Assembly: GCA_002256025.1 (NCBI GenBank)
Contig: NKIB01013718.1
Location: 1-52,766 of the forward strand
Reading direction: 5' to 3'
DNA: 52,766 bases
Source: Asterionella formosa
Lineage: Eukaryota
In this document: in pieces, positions 1-12,121 of the stretch
Layout of the letters: each line of letters begins with the position of its first letter
Numbering within the stretch: position 1 is the first letter of the stretch
Notes under the pieces: model-generated
What the model saw: the letters and a program-made list of their open reading frames with translations, nothing else
What the model was told of the DNA's origin: nothing
Database searches by the model: none
Made by a program: the position numbers and the translations under genes

Positions 1-373
1 ATAGTACTTTTAAAATACGTAAAAAAATTTAATAAATTACGTGAACCATATTATAGAATTACGTGAACAAAAATTTAAGGCAATGTGAACTGAATTACAG
101 AATTAATTGAAGTATTTCAAATAATTATGTGAAGTATTTCAAATAATTATGTGAAGTATTTCAAATAATTATGTGAAGGTGATCACGTAATATAGTGATG
201 ATCAGGAATACATGCATGATACTCTGATCAAATAATTAACGTGATGTATTCAGATAATATATAGATATATTCAAGTAAGCATTTTGATGTATTCAACTAA
301 TTCATGTGATGCATTCAAAATCAACTAGGCTTATTTACGTGATGGTCACTTCACGTAATACGCGGCTTAGATG
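1..373 (+). mobile_element. Right end of a TIR DNA-transposon-like element (truncated by window start); second copy at 42251-42581
   Basis: Near-identical, same-orientation match to 42251-42581. Ends in CGCGGCTTAGATG (361-373), the exact reverse complement of CATCTAAGCCGCG at 39695-39707. Rich in ACGTGA/ATGTGA subterminal motifs. Confidence 0.8.
108..178. repeat. 22-bp tandem repeat x3 (TGAAGTATTTCAAATAATTATG)
   Basis: Three perfect units at 108, 130 and 152 plus a partial unit. The paralogous copy near 42358 has one unit. Confidence 0.95.
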
Positions 374-935
374 GAGAGTAGACAACAAGAAGAGATTATG
401 TGTCCTATCCTTGTATCAAGTGGCCATAATCATCCATTTCATGACGACAGAGATGATTCAGTTTATAACAATATTCAGTCACAACCAGACAAACAATTGA
501 GACTAAAAACTCTCCAAGGATTGAATTCATAAACCATGAATATTCAGATTTCCAAGATCACACCGGCATTCTCCTTGAAAATGCAATGGAAATGCCCCTT
601 CCTCCTCAATTTCAACTTCCAAGTAAACATTCTCTAAACATGCGCGCATCCGATCGAATTTGAACTCATGTTATTCCTTAACGTGAATTACCTTCCACCA
701 TTTTACTTTGATCATCTAATGAAATGGCTGTTCAAGGCCAAAGCAATGAAATATTTTGATGGAAGGTGGCGTGTCAAGCTCCATCCTACCAGACTTTGAA
801 AAAACGCATGGATATTTCATTTCCACCAACATTAGCTTGTGGTCAAATGTTGACCAAACAAATACTGATTGATAACGATTCAAACATGGTCATCTCATTC
901 ACACTCCACTCCATTATTTCGAACCAGTACAGCTC

Positions 936-1312
936 ATGGCAGGATTGCTACATGATTCCGATATCATGCAACATTTTGTATGTCACCCACAAGTGAAACT
1001 TACAACTTGTGGAGAACGCATACATGACGAAGTAACTTCCGCGCATTGGTTTGAAAATGCGTTCAACAATTCTCTTGCATCAGAAAATGGAGTGTTCTCG
1101 AAGTCAAGACAGGGTGTTTATTTGTTGCCCTAGCAGTTTTCAGTGATGGTTCACCTATTGATAAACAAATGAAACATTCCGAGCATCCGTTTTTGCTGAC
1201 AATGTTAAACTTAACGTTACTAGAAGCAAGAAAAAAAGTTGATGGATGGCAATTAGTATCTCTTTTGCCAGACATTGAAGTCAGTGATCTGGAGAAACAA
1301 ATGAATAATAAG
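936..1312 (+). pseudogene. Decayed Plavaka/CACTA-like transposase fragment
   Basis: Frameshifted translation GERIHDEVTSAHWF...LFVALAVFSDGSPIDKQMKHSEHPFLLTMLNL...ARKKVDGWQLVSLLPD fits the Plavaka-type pattern (ERxYxExxxxxWW...hhhFSD...PhxhTxxN...WxxhxxLP). No intact ORF. Confidence 0.55.
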
Positions 1313-1396
1313 TTGCTTATCTGGTGACGACTTGTCCTTCTTATGCAGACTCAAGTGATAGAAACAGATATTGCTGCCTTAGAGGGTTACAAATGC

Positions 1397-1945
1397 AGGA
1401 TACTGAGGGCCATCCTTCAGGCAGAACAATTCAGGGAAAGCTTTCACAGGATTAAAAGACGAGTTTTCAAATCTAGAACAGCTTACCTCTGGCTAAAGTT
1501 CTGATTCCAGTTCGAGCAACAATTGTTGGGACAACCCTGACCTGGACGACGGAGTTCGAGTCTGCTGTCCTAAATCATTGTTACAGGAGCCAATACAAGA
1601 AAACATCATCATCCCAATTCGTTCATGGCACCATGCATGCTCTGCACGCACAAACATGGCAATATTCGACAATGACGGCGCAGCTAGCTGTTATGGCAGG
1701 ATACTAGTAAATCTGGCTATGGTGTGTGCGCATAGACTGGACATGCCAGTCGCTGCCATTCTAGCTCATTCTGAAACATGAAGACAAATGAAATACACAG
1801 TCAAAACTGTGTATGGGATCTCAGAATACCACTATTGTGGTATAGAAAGGCATCCTTTAGCTGGAACAGGTCATGACAGCCGAGCGTCTCCAGCAGTATG
1901 GCTTACAATGATATGCTTGGTTATCATCTCTGCATACAGTCAGCA
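1397..1945 (+). pseudogene. Decayed non-LTR (LINE-like) retrotransposon ORF2/reverse transcriptase fragment
   Basis: RTNMAIFDNDGAASCYGRIL is a degenerate DNDAxxCYDRI motif. MKYTVKTVYGISE...LAGTGHDSRASPAVW is a degenerate GTGQGSGASPAVW motif. There is an in-frame TGA at 1779-1781, and the RT is truncated before the DD motif. Confidence 0.75.
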
Positions 1946-2554
1946 ATTGATTAAGAAGAACAAAATGCATGATATGGAGTACAAGCGCTTTTGATTATGT
2001 ACTGTACTTTCTTCCCTCACCCGCAGGTTTCATATTATTGAATCTATTATGCACAAGATTGAGGCCCTGACTAATTCTTTAGGAATTTTGGATATGTGTA
2101 ACTTGAGACCCATTTCTATTACCAGCTTGAAAGCAATGAGCAGTAAAGGCCTCTTATATTGACATTGTCACAAGTATTTAGCAAATAGATGGTGTAAACA
2201 TGCATTTGCATTTGATCATAGAATAATTTCTAGCTTTCTGAATAAGAAGACAATGCATCCAAAGCCCAGAATAAAGAACAAAGGTTATGGATGAATCAAA
2301 AATGCGAAACGTTGAGGTAACTTAGAAATTAATGGATGATTCTATTTTGTAATAAGACTAGTAGTGATATATAACAGTTGTCATTAGATAGGAATACATT
2401 GAAACACATTAGCTATCAATATAATATTATATTGTGAAAATATTATATTTTGAATACAAACCAATTGTTATTCAGTTTCGTGGTAGTACTACTAATTATT
2501 ATTGCTACTTTACTCATCTCGAGCAAGTGTTGTGATCTATCTTGATCTTGATCC

Positions 2555-2656
2555 ATACCTCATCCTCCAAAACGGATTCAAAGTATTCAGGTAAAAGAGA
2601 AGTATATACCTCATCCTCCAAAACAGATTCAAAGTATTCAGGTAAAAGAGAAGTAT
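2555..2656. repeat. 51-bp tandem duplication
   Basis: Units 2555-2605 and 2606-2656 differ at one base. Confidence 0.95.
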
Positions 2657-3492
2657 TGTCCAAAGGATTTTATTTATTGATTTCTTCAGAAGGGTTGCAG
2701 ACATGATAATCAAGAAGCGATTGGTTTGATGTGACAGACGAGAGGTCGTGACAGTACTGGCATCGACTTGTTCTAAGGTGTCATTGACTGAAATTGTTGT
2801 GGTGATAGGCTTTCTCTACAATAAATAAATGAGCTATACTTAATGAAATGATAAATCTAATAGTAGATCAGGGGATATGAGAGATGATACGCTTTGATTA
2901 GCAATGCAGTAGAGAGATCAGAGGAAAGTAAACAAAGAGTGTAGGCGAAAACAATATAAAAACGTTTCTTGGAATTTCCGGAGGTTCTAGGGGTCTTGCA
3001 GGTGACTATGAGTGGAATAGATGGGGTAGAGAGGGTCAGGAAGCTCATGAGAGAAACAAGCAGTTGTTTGACAAAACTGCTATCTGAGGTGTGCAAAGTA
3101 GGCGAAAGTTGTTTCCTCAGGAAGGAACAGGCGAATTCAACTGATTTTTGCTGTGGGGTGATCAGCAGCTGTAACAGAGGAAGTTGAGCATGAATAAGCT
3201 TGGATGAGGGGTAAGCGAAGGAGTGGTAGTGTTCAAAGAGGATATGGTGACCGAGGAAGCTGTCAGCAGCAGCGATACAGACTTTTAATTAAAAAATTAA
3301 TATATTAATAAACCATCACATAATATACCAATTTTGATCCAAATTGGTAGCAAAGTTTACATATTGAATTTATATGATCAAGTGATCATCATCATAAGAT
3401 GCATCATTTGAGTAAGATGATTTCTGTTTGCAGACAAAGGGTGAAGAGGGTTCTGCCATTGTCAAGATGATTTCCAGAGTAAAGCATACACC

Positions 3493-5044
3493 TTAACTTT
3501 GCTGAACAAAGATCTCTGGTAAAACTAGAGAGATGTCGTGGATGTGGTTAATCTCAGCTTCTGCATTGTCTGATGAAATGGGTTTGCCTGAATCTCGCCC
3601 AATTTTTCCAACCAGAATACTACGCCAGCCAAATTCTCTTGCTGCATGGATATTCTTCGTGTTATCGTCGAGAAAGACACTGGGGCAATTAGAATACATG
3701 AAAGTGATGAGAAGTAAGAAAATATGGTTGAAGAAGTCCAAAACAGCCAAAAATCGCACCACAAACTCACCAACTTTCAGGATGATCCACACCAGCAATC
3801 CGCATAGCGCAACTGAATGCGTGCTGCGAATGTTTCGTCTCAAGATCACACTTCTTCACATCTATAATGTCAATAAACAAGTCATCCACCCCAAGTGCCT
3901 TTAAGCATCTTTCTGCGTGATGCCCCACACTGGCCGTGAACACGTATTTTTGTATTGTCGGATCTATGTTGAGGAGCAATTCACGGAGTTTCTCATCTCG
4001 TTTCAAACAACTAGCAACAGGAATGTCGTGTACATCTTTCAAGAACGCGTCAATTGCTTCTTCAGTTCCATCAATGTGTCCTTCTGCTAGTAGCCCCTTT
4101 AAGGCTGTCCCGTATTTTTTATACAGCATATATGCTTCACCTTCAGGCAGACCAATTCTTACACAATAATCATCAATCTTCTTAGTCAACATGTTGGCAA
4201 CTTTCCAGCCATCAAAATAGAGACAATCGTCACAATCAAAGAATATAACCTGGGGCTTGGGACGTAAATTGTACTTGTCGATGTCACCAGAAGAATATCC
4301 TTTCAGAAACTTGCGGTTTGCTCTGCGGTCTTCTCTATACTGCAGATAAAGCTGCATGGCATGCAGGGAATCTGGCATCCAAGCATCGGATGCTTTTTTC
4401 ATCATGTTGCAAACATCCGATAACGATACGAGCAAGACGTCAGCGACTTCCTCGTTTTGAATTTTCAAGTCATCCATTGATCCGGTGAAAGTAGCCTCAT
4501 ATAGATCACCCCAACATTTTACGTTGGCATCTTGATAGGGAAAAGTAAATAGACGTTTTAACTTGTTTGGACTATTCTGAGTCGACACATCAATCCCCAT
4601 TTCTTCTTGAATCTCCCTCTCTGCGTTCTCACGATAAGACTCTCCATAACCAACAACACCACCAGGTGTAGGATCTAGTTTGCCCGGACAATAGTCCTTA
4701 ATATCTGATCTTTTTTGAACCAACATCATCAAGTCATCATCATCGACCTGGTGACTTGACTTTCCGATGTTGTCAGGACCACTAAGCAGAACTACAATGT
4801 ATGTTGCGCGATGCCAAAGATTGTTTAGTCGCATTTCGGCCCTAGTATGCCCTTCTGGTATTGGGTTGTTGTTCTCGTCCACCGAACACACAAGTTCAGC
4901 GGCATCCCGTGTAATTCCCTCTTCAAGAGCTTTGCGCAATGCTTCATCAGAGGGAGTTACATCTGTGAAATCTTGTTTCGAAGTGAGTTTGGAAAGCAAT
5001 ACAGAAGCTATGGTTGTCAATCCAAAAAGAATCAGATCTTTCAT
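3493..5044 (-). CDS. Fusion protein: YfcD-like Nudix hydrolase + HAD-IA pyrimidine 5'-nucleotidase (SDT1/PHM8-like); 486 aa, exons 5044-3771 and 3679-3493
   Basis: Nudix box GGVVGYGESYRENAEREIQEEMG with YfcD-like HRATYIVV and QKRSDIKDYCPGKLD. HAD motifs I (FFDCDDCLY), II (VFTAS) and IV (FLDDN). A 91-nt GTGAG...CTAAT...CAG intron (3680-3770) joins the frames to give PESCVFLDDN. Hydrophobic N-terminus. Confidence 0.9.
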
Positions 5045-5624
5045 GTTTCGATTCAACAATACATAGGGGAAGTCTTGGTTTATGAGCCCTGATGTTGAGA
5101 GCAAAAGAGCGCTCGTGATGGTGAATTTGCGGCAGATTCTTTACCGCGGCCAATACGTTTGACTTCATTGTGAATTTCTTCGTCATAATGGCTATACATA
5201 ACAAAATACAGACGACAGTCCGTATTCACATACCGCTATTTCATTGGTCATCGTGGAGTTTGCACTACCGGTAGCGGTACTGGTATGATACCGATAATAC
5301 AATCCATATTAAATTTCGTAGTTATATTATTCCAAAATGTACCAGTGGTCTTTACTCCGTATTTGTGTTGCATGGTACCAGGTACTCGACCGGAGAACTA
5401 TCATGGCGGCGCCCATCACCACCCCTATATATTATACATGTAGTATATTGTGTTGACAGCTGAAATGCCATTTGTTACCTATACTGTACAATAGTCTACT
5501 ACCGCTATAAGTTACGGGTGCAAGTCTAGTCTACGGCCTTGGCCAGATAGTCTATTATTATAGTCAGTCTGTGGGCCTAATCTTTATCTCAAATATAATC
5601 GGTCGTCTAGAATCAAACACAAAA

Positions 5625-6764
5625 TTAATTCCTTGCCAGCAAGATGACTCCAAGCGAATACTTCCTCTTGACTGCCTCTGCATGCCTGTCCATCAAATCT
5701 TTTGTCATGAGTATTGTCGCTTCCAGATTGATCAAATGCTCTTGCGACTGCTTGGTTGGTGAAGATTTGGTTCGTCGAGGTGCGGGAAAGACATCAGCAG
5801 CCATGCTATCTAGGTCGGCTTGAAACAGAGCACACTCTTGGTCCAACGCTTCCTGAGCCATGGCAAGGTTGATGACTGTAGTAAAGCTGGAAGAAAGCTG
5901 AGTTGCACTTTCGGTGGCCAAAGCCCCAAAAATAGCAGATGCGGAAATGAAATCACTAGCTGCAGGCCCATGAAGGAGATCTTCGACCCCCTGAAGTGAT
6001 TTCCAACTGGATTCCATACTCTCCGCCTTTCGCTTCAATTGAGTCAAAATCGGCTCTTTTATTGCTGCCGAGTCCTTTAGATTTGACTGCTGGATCGTTG
6101 CCGCCGATCGTTCCGACATTTCCCGCAGTCCCGCTTCTTGGTTATCACTGTTCTCCAAAATAAGGGGGTCGGTGATGTGGGACGTGGCTCCCGTGAGCTT
6201 GGCCAAGGCTGGTCTGAGTTGCTGCTTGACGTGAGTTTCTAGAATGTCTTGACGGTGACTAGGTAGAAAGACGCGAAAGGCACAAGCGTCGAAAACAATC
6301 AATAGAGACGGCGGCTTTGTAGCTGTAACATTGTCCGATGAATTGCTAAACAGCTTTCTTGATTCATCCAATTCAATTCTCACGACAGTGGTCGCATGGT
6401 AGACATGCGTGTTCTCGATTCGAAAGAATATATCGACTCGTTCCTCTACAGGGTTGCTTCCACTATGATTGGGAGTTCTGGGAGGCGTGCTTAGACATGT
6501 AGAGACGGAGCCAGGAGAGGTTAAGGTCGATTCCAGTTTTGAGGTGACAACGCAAACGTCAATGGTAGACAAGGACGGATCCGTCATGGAAGTAGAAGCG
6601 AAGGCGATGGGACCTTGATTTGTTCCGTCCGTACGAATGGCTTCAACAGAAAGATAATAATCGATCAATAGCACAGTCGCCGATCCTCCTTTGACTCGTG
6701 GTGGCCATTCGAAAGGGTACGATTGGAGATGTGGGAGGCTAGAGAAAAAGACATGACGGTCCAT
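5625..6764 (-). CDS. Hypothetical protein, 379 aa from first ATG
   Basis: Long uninterrupted ORF with coding-like GC content, placed divergently to NOT4. No recognised motif; C-terminal half looks helical. Confidence 0.65.
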   Translation of the reverse strand: MDRHVFFSSLPHLQSYPFEWPPRVKGGSATVLLIDYYLSVEAIRTDGTNQGPIAFASTSMTDPSLSTIDVCVVTSKLESTLTSPGSVSTCLSTPPRTPNHSGSNPVEERVDIFFRIENTHVYHATTVVRIELDESRKLFSNSSDNVTATKPPSLLIVFDACAFRVFLPSHRQDILETHVKQQLRPALAKLTGATSHITDPLILENSDNQEAGLREMSERSAATIQQSNLKDSAAIKEPILTQLKRKAESMESSWKSLQGVEDLLHGPAASDFISASAIFGALATESATQLSSSFTTVINLAMAQEALDQECALFQADLDSMAADVFPAPRRTKSSPTKQSQEHLINLEATILMTKDLMDRHAEAVKRKYSLGVILLARN

Positions 6765-7157
6765 GATGCTTGCTTGTGTTGCCTCGTTTCCAACAATCTT
6801 GATGAATACACCGGTAATACTCTTCGACGCAAACGAGATCAAGGCGAGGAACGTTCACTCTATTACCGTATGCTGATATTGACAACAAAGTTACCGGTAG
6901 ACTTGAAGAATAAACATAAACATATATATTGCCGTCATCGCCTCATTTTGTGCTTTCAATATTCATCATGTTCGCCATGTGAGAATACCGGTACACACAC
7001 ACATTTATAAGCTATTATACATGCCAGCATACACCGGTAGGGAATAATGAAGAAAAAAAAGGTATTCCATGACGATAAAATATTTGAGATGTTTTCCGCC
7101 TCTCCTCCTGGAGGGAATACCGGAAATTGCAAGAATATATATACCTACCGGTACGTC

Positions 7158-7272
7158 CTACGTATATATATATATATATATGTATAGCAACTGGTACTCC
7201 AATAAGGTAATTATACTACGTATTTATATATATATGTATAGCAACTGGTACTCCTATAAGGTAATTATACTA
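7158..7272. repeat. ~56-bp tandem duplication containing (TA)n
   Basis: CTACGTA..(TA)n..TGTATAGCAACTGGTACTCC.ATAAGGTAATTATA occurs at 7158 and 7216. Confidence 0.9.
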
Positions 7273-7286
7273 GCATGGTACTCCAC

Positions 7287-7304
7287 TACCTGGTACCAGG
7301 TACC
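7287..7304. promoter_or_regulatory. TACCTGGTACCAGGTACC palindromic motif in a divergent intergenic region
   Basis: Same motif family recurs upstream of other genes. Regulatory role is inferred only. Confidence 0.35.
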
Positions 7305-7861
7305 ATACCAAACTACCGGTAGGTTACTGTGTGGAGGACTGAGGATGCATGCATGCAGCATGCAGATGGCGCGCGGGATGAAAGACATACGCCCTTGGAG
7401 CAGCTGGAATCTTCACCACTCATTCTTCATGGAATCTTTCATTTTCGTTGTAGACTGGAACTCCATCTCAGTCGAAAAGCTAGAAGAGTGCCGACGCGCA
7501 CCTTCAATGATGTTTCGACGCTAAGAACATCGTCTATGCATGCATAGTAAGTACTCCTATGACCTGGTAGAATAAAAGGCAAAGCCTTTTCCTTCCATTA
7601 AAACATTTCTCCAAGTTTCTTTGATTAAAATTGTACAGAAGACCGCTTGACATAATCATTATAACATGGAGGACGTAAGTAAACCAACTGATTGGATCAA
7701 CGATACATCGCATGATGTGGGTACAATGCAACCTTTCAACAGAATGGATTGCTGGATAACCATTTTGTTCATGTAGACTGCCGTAGGAAATGTACGGACA
7801 CGAGGACAACGGAAAGGTGGCCTCTGCTCAGGTTCTCGGGAAGGAGACTAGAACTCTTGCC

Positions 7862-10685
7862 ATGTCCAGTGCATTGTTGTCTGCTCATACCTATGCTGTC
7901 AAGAATGCTACACGTACTGAATATGTATGCATTCCAATCATGCAGGCAGTGCTTTCACTCACTCACTCCATCACACTAAACCACTTTCTCTGATCATACA
8001 GCAAGATCACGTCTGCCCGCTCTGTTGCGAAGAACTCGACATTTCGGATCGCCAGTTTTTCCCTTGCAAATGTGGCTATCAAGTTTGCATGTGGTGTTGG
8101 CACCGGATCCGTGAACAAGAAACAGGTCTCTGTCCTGCGTGTCGAACGCCTTATGGCGACGACCCACATGCCTTTTCGGCGGTTGACGTGGAAGAAGTTC
8201 TCAAAGCCAATAAAGAAAAAGAAGCAGCAGCGAAACGAGAAAGATTGAGGACAACAGCGAGCATTGTTGAAGCTGCTGGTGCCGGAGTCGGGTCAGGAGT
8301 AGACAGTACAGAAGTTGGTTTTCGAGGGACAGGAACAATGGAACTACCGAAAGACCGGACGCAATTGGCGAACATGAGGGTGATTCGTCGTAATTTGGTG
8401 TACGCGGTCGGATTACCTCCCAGTATTGCCACTGAAGAAATCTTGAGGAAGCCGGAATATTTCGGGCAGTATGGAAAGATTTCAAAAATTGTGCTCAACC
8501 GAGGCAACACGACAACACCAGTTCCCACAGTGGATCCAAGACGTGCGAGTGCTTCTGCTTATGTCACGTTTGTTCATAAGGTAAGTTGCTTGGTACAAAA
8601 AATTGAATGGTAGTTCATGTCTGCACGTGTTCATTATTATGTCGTTTTAACCTTCCCAATTGCCCGAATGACAACCACTTTTTTTCACCAATCACATAGG
8701 AGGACACATTGGCATGCATTTTGGCTTTGGATGGATTTCTGATTGACAATCGAAATGTTAGAGCATCTTATGGAACATCCAAGTACTGCTCTGCTTTTAT
8801 TAAAAACGTTCGCTGCAACAATCCTGAATGTACCTACCTTCATTGTATGGGAGAAACTGAGGATACCTTTACAAAGCAAGAGATACAAGCTGGCTATGTC
8901 ACCAGCGGACGAGATGTTTTGGCACGACAACAACAGATTATGGCGCAAGCGTTGGCGGCTGGTCAAGCAACAGGTTCCAGACGTCGAGTGGGAGGGGGTG
9001 GTCCTTCGGGAACTGGAAAGAGTAGTTTGACTCCGGTATTTCCACCGCCCACTTATGATGAACCACCCAAACCATCGTCGACGGGATTGGTACCAGCACC
9101 AATGCAAATTGGAAGGAGTGCAACCATCACGACAAGTTCTGTATTCGCAAATGCTATGTCGTCAACACCACAGCCTGGAATCGCTCGTGCTGTCTCAACT
9201 GGTGGGATGAGTCCACCTTCGGCAGAAGGGTTGTATGGAGGCTTGCCTATCCCAAAGCAGAGTGGATCGCAGATGTTGGCAGGCATAGCTGTTGCGCCAC
9301 AAAGGCGAAATTTATTGGCAACGCCTGCAACAGCTCCAGTGTCAGCAGCATCTGTGGTGGCAGGTATGCACAGTCTTGGTAACGCCCCAGCCGAACCTCC
9401 AGCTCCACATACAACTTTAACACCACTCACGCCTCTCAAAAGAACGATGCAAAAAGCAGCCAAAGCGCCGGGAGCTCCCACTTTGAATAATTTTGGTGAT
9501 ACGTCTTCAATGAAATTGTCCTCGTTGCGAAGCAAACCAGTATCCAATGCTAATGGCAATATTGGAATTGGACCAATTTCACCAAATCCAATGTCAAAAC
9601 TCTCAGGTTCCAGCAACAATAATGAATTCAGTGTTGGATCGATTGGTGGTTCAGTGATTGGTGGAGGGTCCCTTGGTGGTCTCGGAAATGGACTCAATGA
9701 ATTTCACAGCAACGATGATACCTTTAACGACAATGCCCTGATTGGTGGCAACCTCATCGGCGGTTTAGAGAGGCAGAATCGGACAATCGGTCTAGGGGGC
9801 GACATCTTTAATGGCGATGTCCACTCTTCCAAGCCCATAGCTGTCAGTGGTAGTAACGACAAGTGGATTGCTTCGTCGATGAGTGACAACAATAATGGAT
9901 TTGGCGTGGGCGGAGGTGATATCTGGGGAGGCGGTTCTGGTTTATCTGGATCTGGTGCCCTTAATGACAACTCTGGATTTCCTTCAGTCCCTGGAATTGG
10001 TGGCGGTATCATTGGTGGCACTCCCATAGGCGGACGCTTTGGAGGTCCGATTGGCCCCGGAGGACAAAGTAATGGCAGCTCTGCGCTGGCCTCGATGCTT
10101 GGCATCAACCTTCCAACTGGCTCTGGATCGCTTCGTGAATCCTCGTCGTCGATTTTTGACACAGTTGGCTCGCCGCAAGCACCAGTTGGCTATGGTAACC
10201 ATGGTTTTTCTGGTTATGCTCCAGGTGTTATTGGTGTTGGTTCAAAACAGAACATTTCAATCCAAAGTCCAATTGGTGGCAATTCCATCGGAGGAGGTGT
10301 CATTGGAAGTGGAGGCGGACGTTCGTTTTCCGGGGGCAATATTTCGTTCAACAATGCACAATCTGGCACCCTGGGAGGCGGAGTTGGCAGCAACAATGAC
10401 ATTATGCTCCTCCAGACTTTGTTGCCTGGTGTTCACATTACTACCGGAGGCTCTCAACAACCAGTAACATCTGGGTTTGGCTCCGTCGGACCTGGTAACT
10501 GGGGAGTGAATAATATGCCTTCACAAGCTGTGACTAGTGGGAACGCGGTTGGATTGAACCAAGGTGGATTCGGTCAAAATTGGGGTGAAAGCAGTGGCAT
10601 CGTTCAGTCTAGAGTGGCACCCGGTGGAGGAATTATTGGTCAGAGTGGAAATCTGTCTCAAAAACAGAATCAAAACATTTGGTAA
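7862..10685 (+). CDS. CNOT4: CCR4-NOT subunit NOT4 E3 ubiquitin ligase (RING-RRM-CCCH, long Gly-rich tail); exons 7862-7924, 8002-8580, 8700-10685 (alternative ATG 7790)
   Basis: C4C4 RING CPLCCEELDISDRQFFPCKCGYQVCMWCW...CPACRTPY. RRM RVIRRNLVYAVGL...EYFGQYGKI...SAYVTF. CCCH finger KYCSAFIKNVRCNNPECTYLH. Phase-0 introns 7925-8001 (GTATGC..CAG) and 8581-8699 (GTAAGT..TAG) keep the frame. Confidence 0.93.
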
Positions 10686-11191
10686 CAAGGAAACCTTTCA
10701 GGAAAGCGTCATGTTTGTGGAATGGAATGGAATGGATCGGCAATGGAAAGAATGATGTGAATGGAAGATTTTATGGTATTTATATGGCAGCTTTATTTTG
10801 GATCCGGAATAGCAATGGACTGGTGGTCCGGAAAGCGCTTTTTGGTATTGGTTCTCCTTGTTACCTTTTCGTTTGTAAGACGACTTTGTCGTTCAATAGA
10901 TTAATTGATTTAGCTTCTCACCTACGACGTCGTATTTGGATCGATGAAAAGATCTTTGCTCCTCGCAACCCCGAACAAGTTACACATCAAAAAGTTTGCA
11001 GTCGATTTCGCCTTGGAAATATGAATTAATGGGTGTGACGAGACGTTCTCCACTCTCTCGTTGGGGTTCGCCCAAACGTGGATTGTCCACTTAGCAGCCA
11101 CTGGTGTAAGCAGGCCACCGCATTCGTTTTTATGTGTGATAAGCTTCTCATTAACAAATTCCTTCATTTAATAAATGTTAAGTAACTATGG

Positions 11192-11821
11192 CTATGCTGC
11201 TTTGAGGATTGGGCCTTCGCAGTCATCCGGTTTCCCACCTATTGAAGCTGAAAATACCAATTGGAGAATAGATGGTACGGTTCCCTTAAATATGGGTATG
11301 ATTTTGCCACAACACTCACCAGCGGTAGCACAATTTAGGTCTGTAAGATCATGACCATTTCTCGATGCAAAAATCAGTTTGAACGTCGAGTCATCATTCA
11401 TCAAAGATTGATTTCGTTCAAGATCGAAAACAGAAATGATGAGTTCCTGAAGGCATCGTTCCAATTCGGCCAAGCTCGTACTTTTCTCTACACTACCGGG
11501 GAGTACATTGTTTGCAAGTGTGCACTTTTCGAAACTCACTGTAAAAGTCTCAACGTGGTCAGGGCCGATTACGATAAGCAAGCTCACTTCAGACGCATTC
11601 TCTAATAAGGTTGGTAAGCCCACTCCGATAGTATCCGATATATATTTGAGAACTTTCGGGTGCATGCATTTCTTGACCTTTACGCCCAGAACCTTTATAG
11701 AATCAAAAGACTCGCTTGGATACAACTTTCGAACATATAGCAAGTGATGGCACCACGCTTCAAAAGCAGACGTGAACAAGTCGATCAATGTGTCCCTACG
11801 ATTAATAATTGTCCGGGACAT
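11192..11821 (-). CDS. REV7: HORMA-domain protein, REV7/MAD2L2-like (Pol zeta accessory subunit), 209 aa
   Basis: FEAWCHHLLYVRKLYPSESF...CMHPKVLKYISDTI...VETFTV...LAELERCLQELI...DSTFKL matches the REV7 HORMA pattern. Confidence 0.8.
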   Translation of the reverse strand: MSRTIINRRDTLIDLFTSAFEAWCHHLLYVRKLYPSESFDSIKVLGVKVKKCMHPKVLKYISDTIGVGLPTLLENASEVSLLIVIGPDHVETFTVSFEKCTLANNVLPGSVEKSTSLAELERCLQELIISVFDLERNQSLMNDDSTFKLIFASRNGHDLTDLNCATAGECCGKIIPIFKGTVPSILQLVFSASIGGKPDDCEGPILKAA

Positions 11822-12121
11822 AAATCAAATATTTTTTCTTTTCTTAGTTTGGACTGTTGGTAGAGCTGTTTGCCGATTATGATAAGCAATACAGTGTCAA
11901 TACAGTAGGAATCAGAAAATCATAGTACTTCAGAACCGTATGTTTATTTATTTATGTGTACGGAGTAATATTCATGATTTTTATGTTACCTACAGACTGT
12001 ACCTATACCGCTCGTTGTTTTTCAGACTATTATCCAACGTAATCATCATCCGTTGACGTCTAGTGATACAGCCATCCAACAAAACAATGCTACCCATGAA
12101 AAATGCACTAACGGTACAGAG

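Noticed and set aside
108..178. Short direct repeats as a CRISPR array (also 37072-37223)
   Set aside because: Units are directly tandem or only two copies, there are no unique spacers or cas genes, and the context is eukaryotic.
2857..3290. Purine-skewed segment with short ORFs
   Set aside because: Looks like decayed repeat sequence, with stops in the candidate frames and no diagnostic motif.
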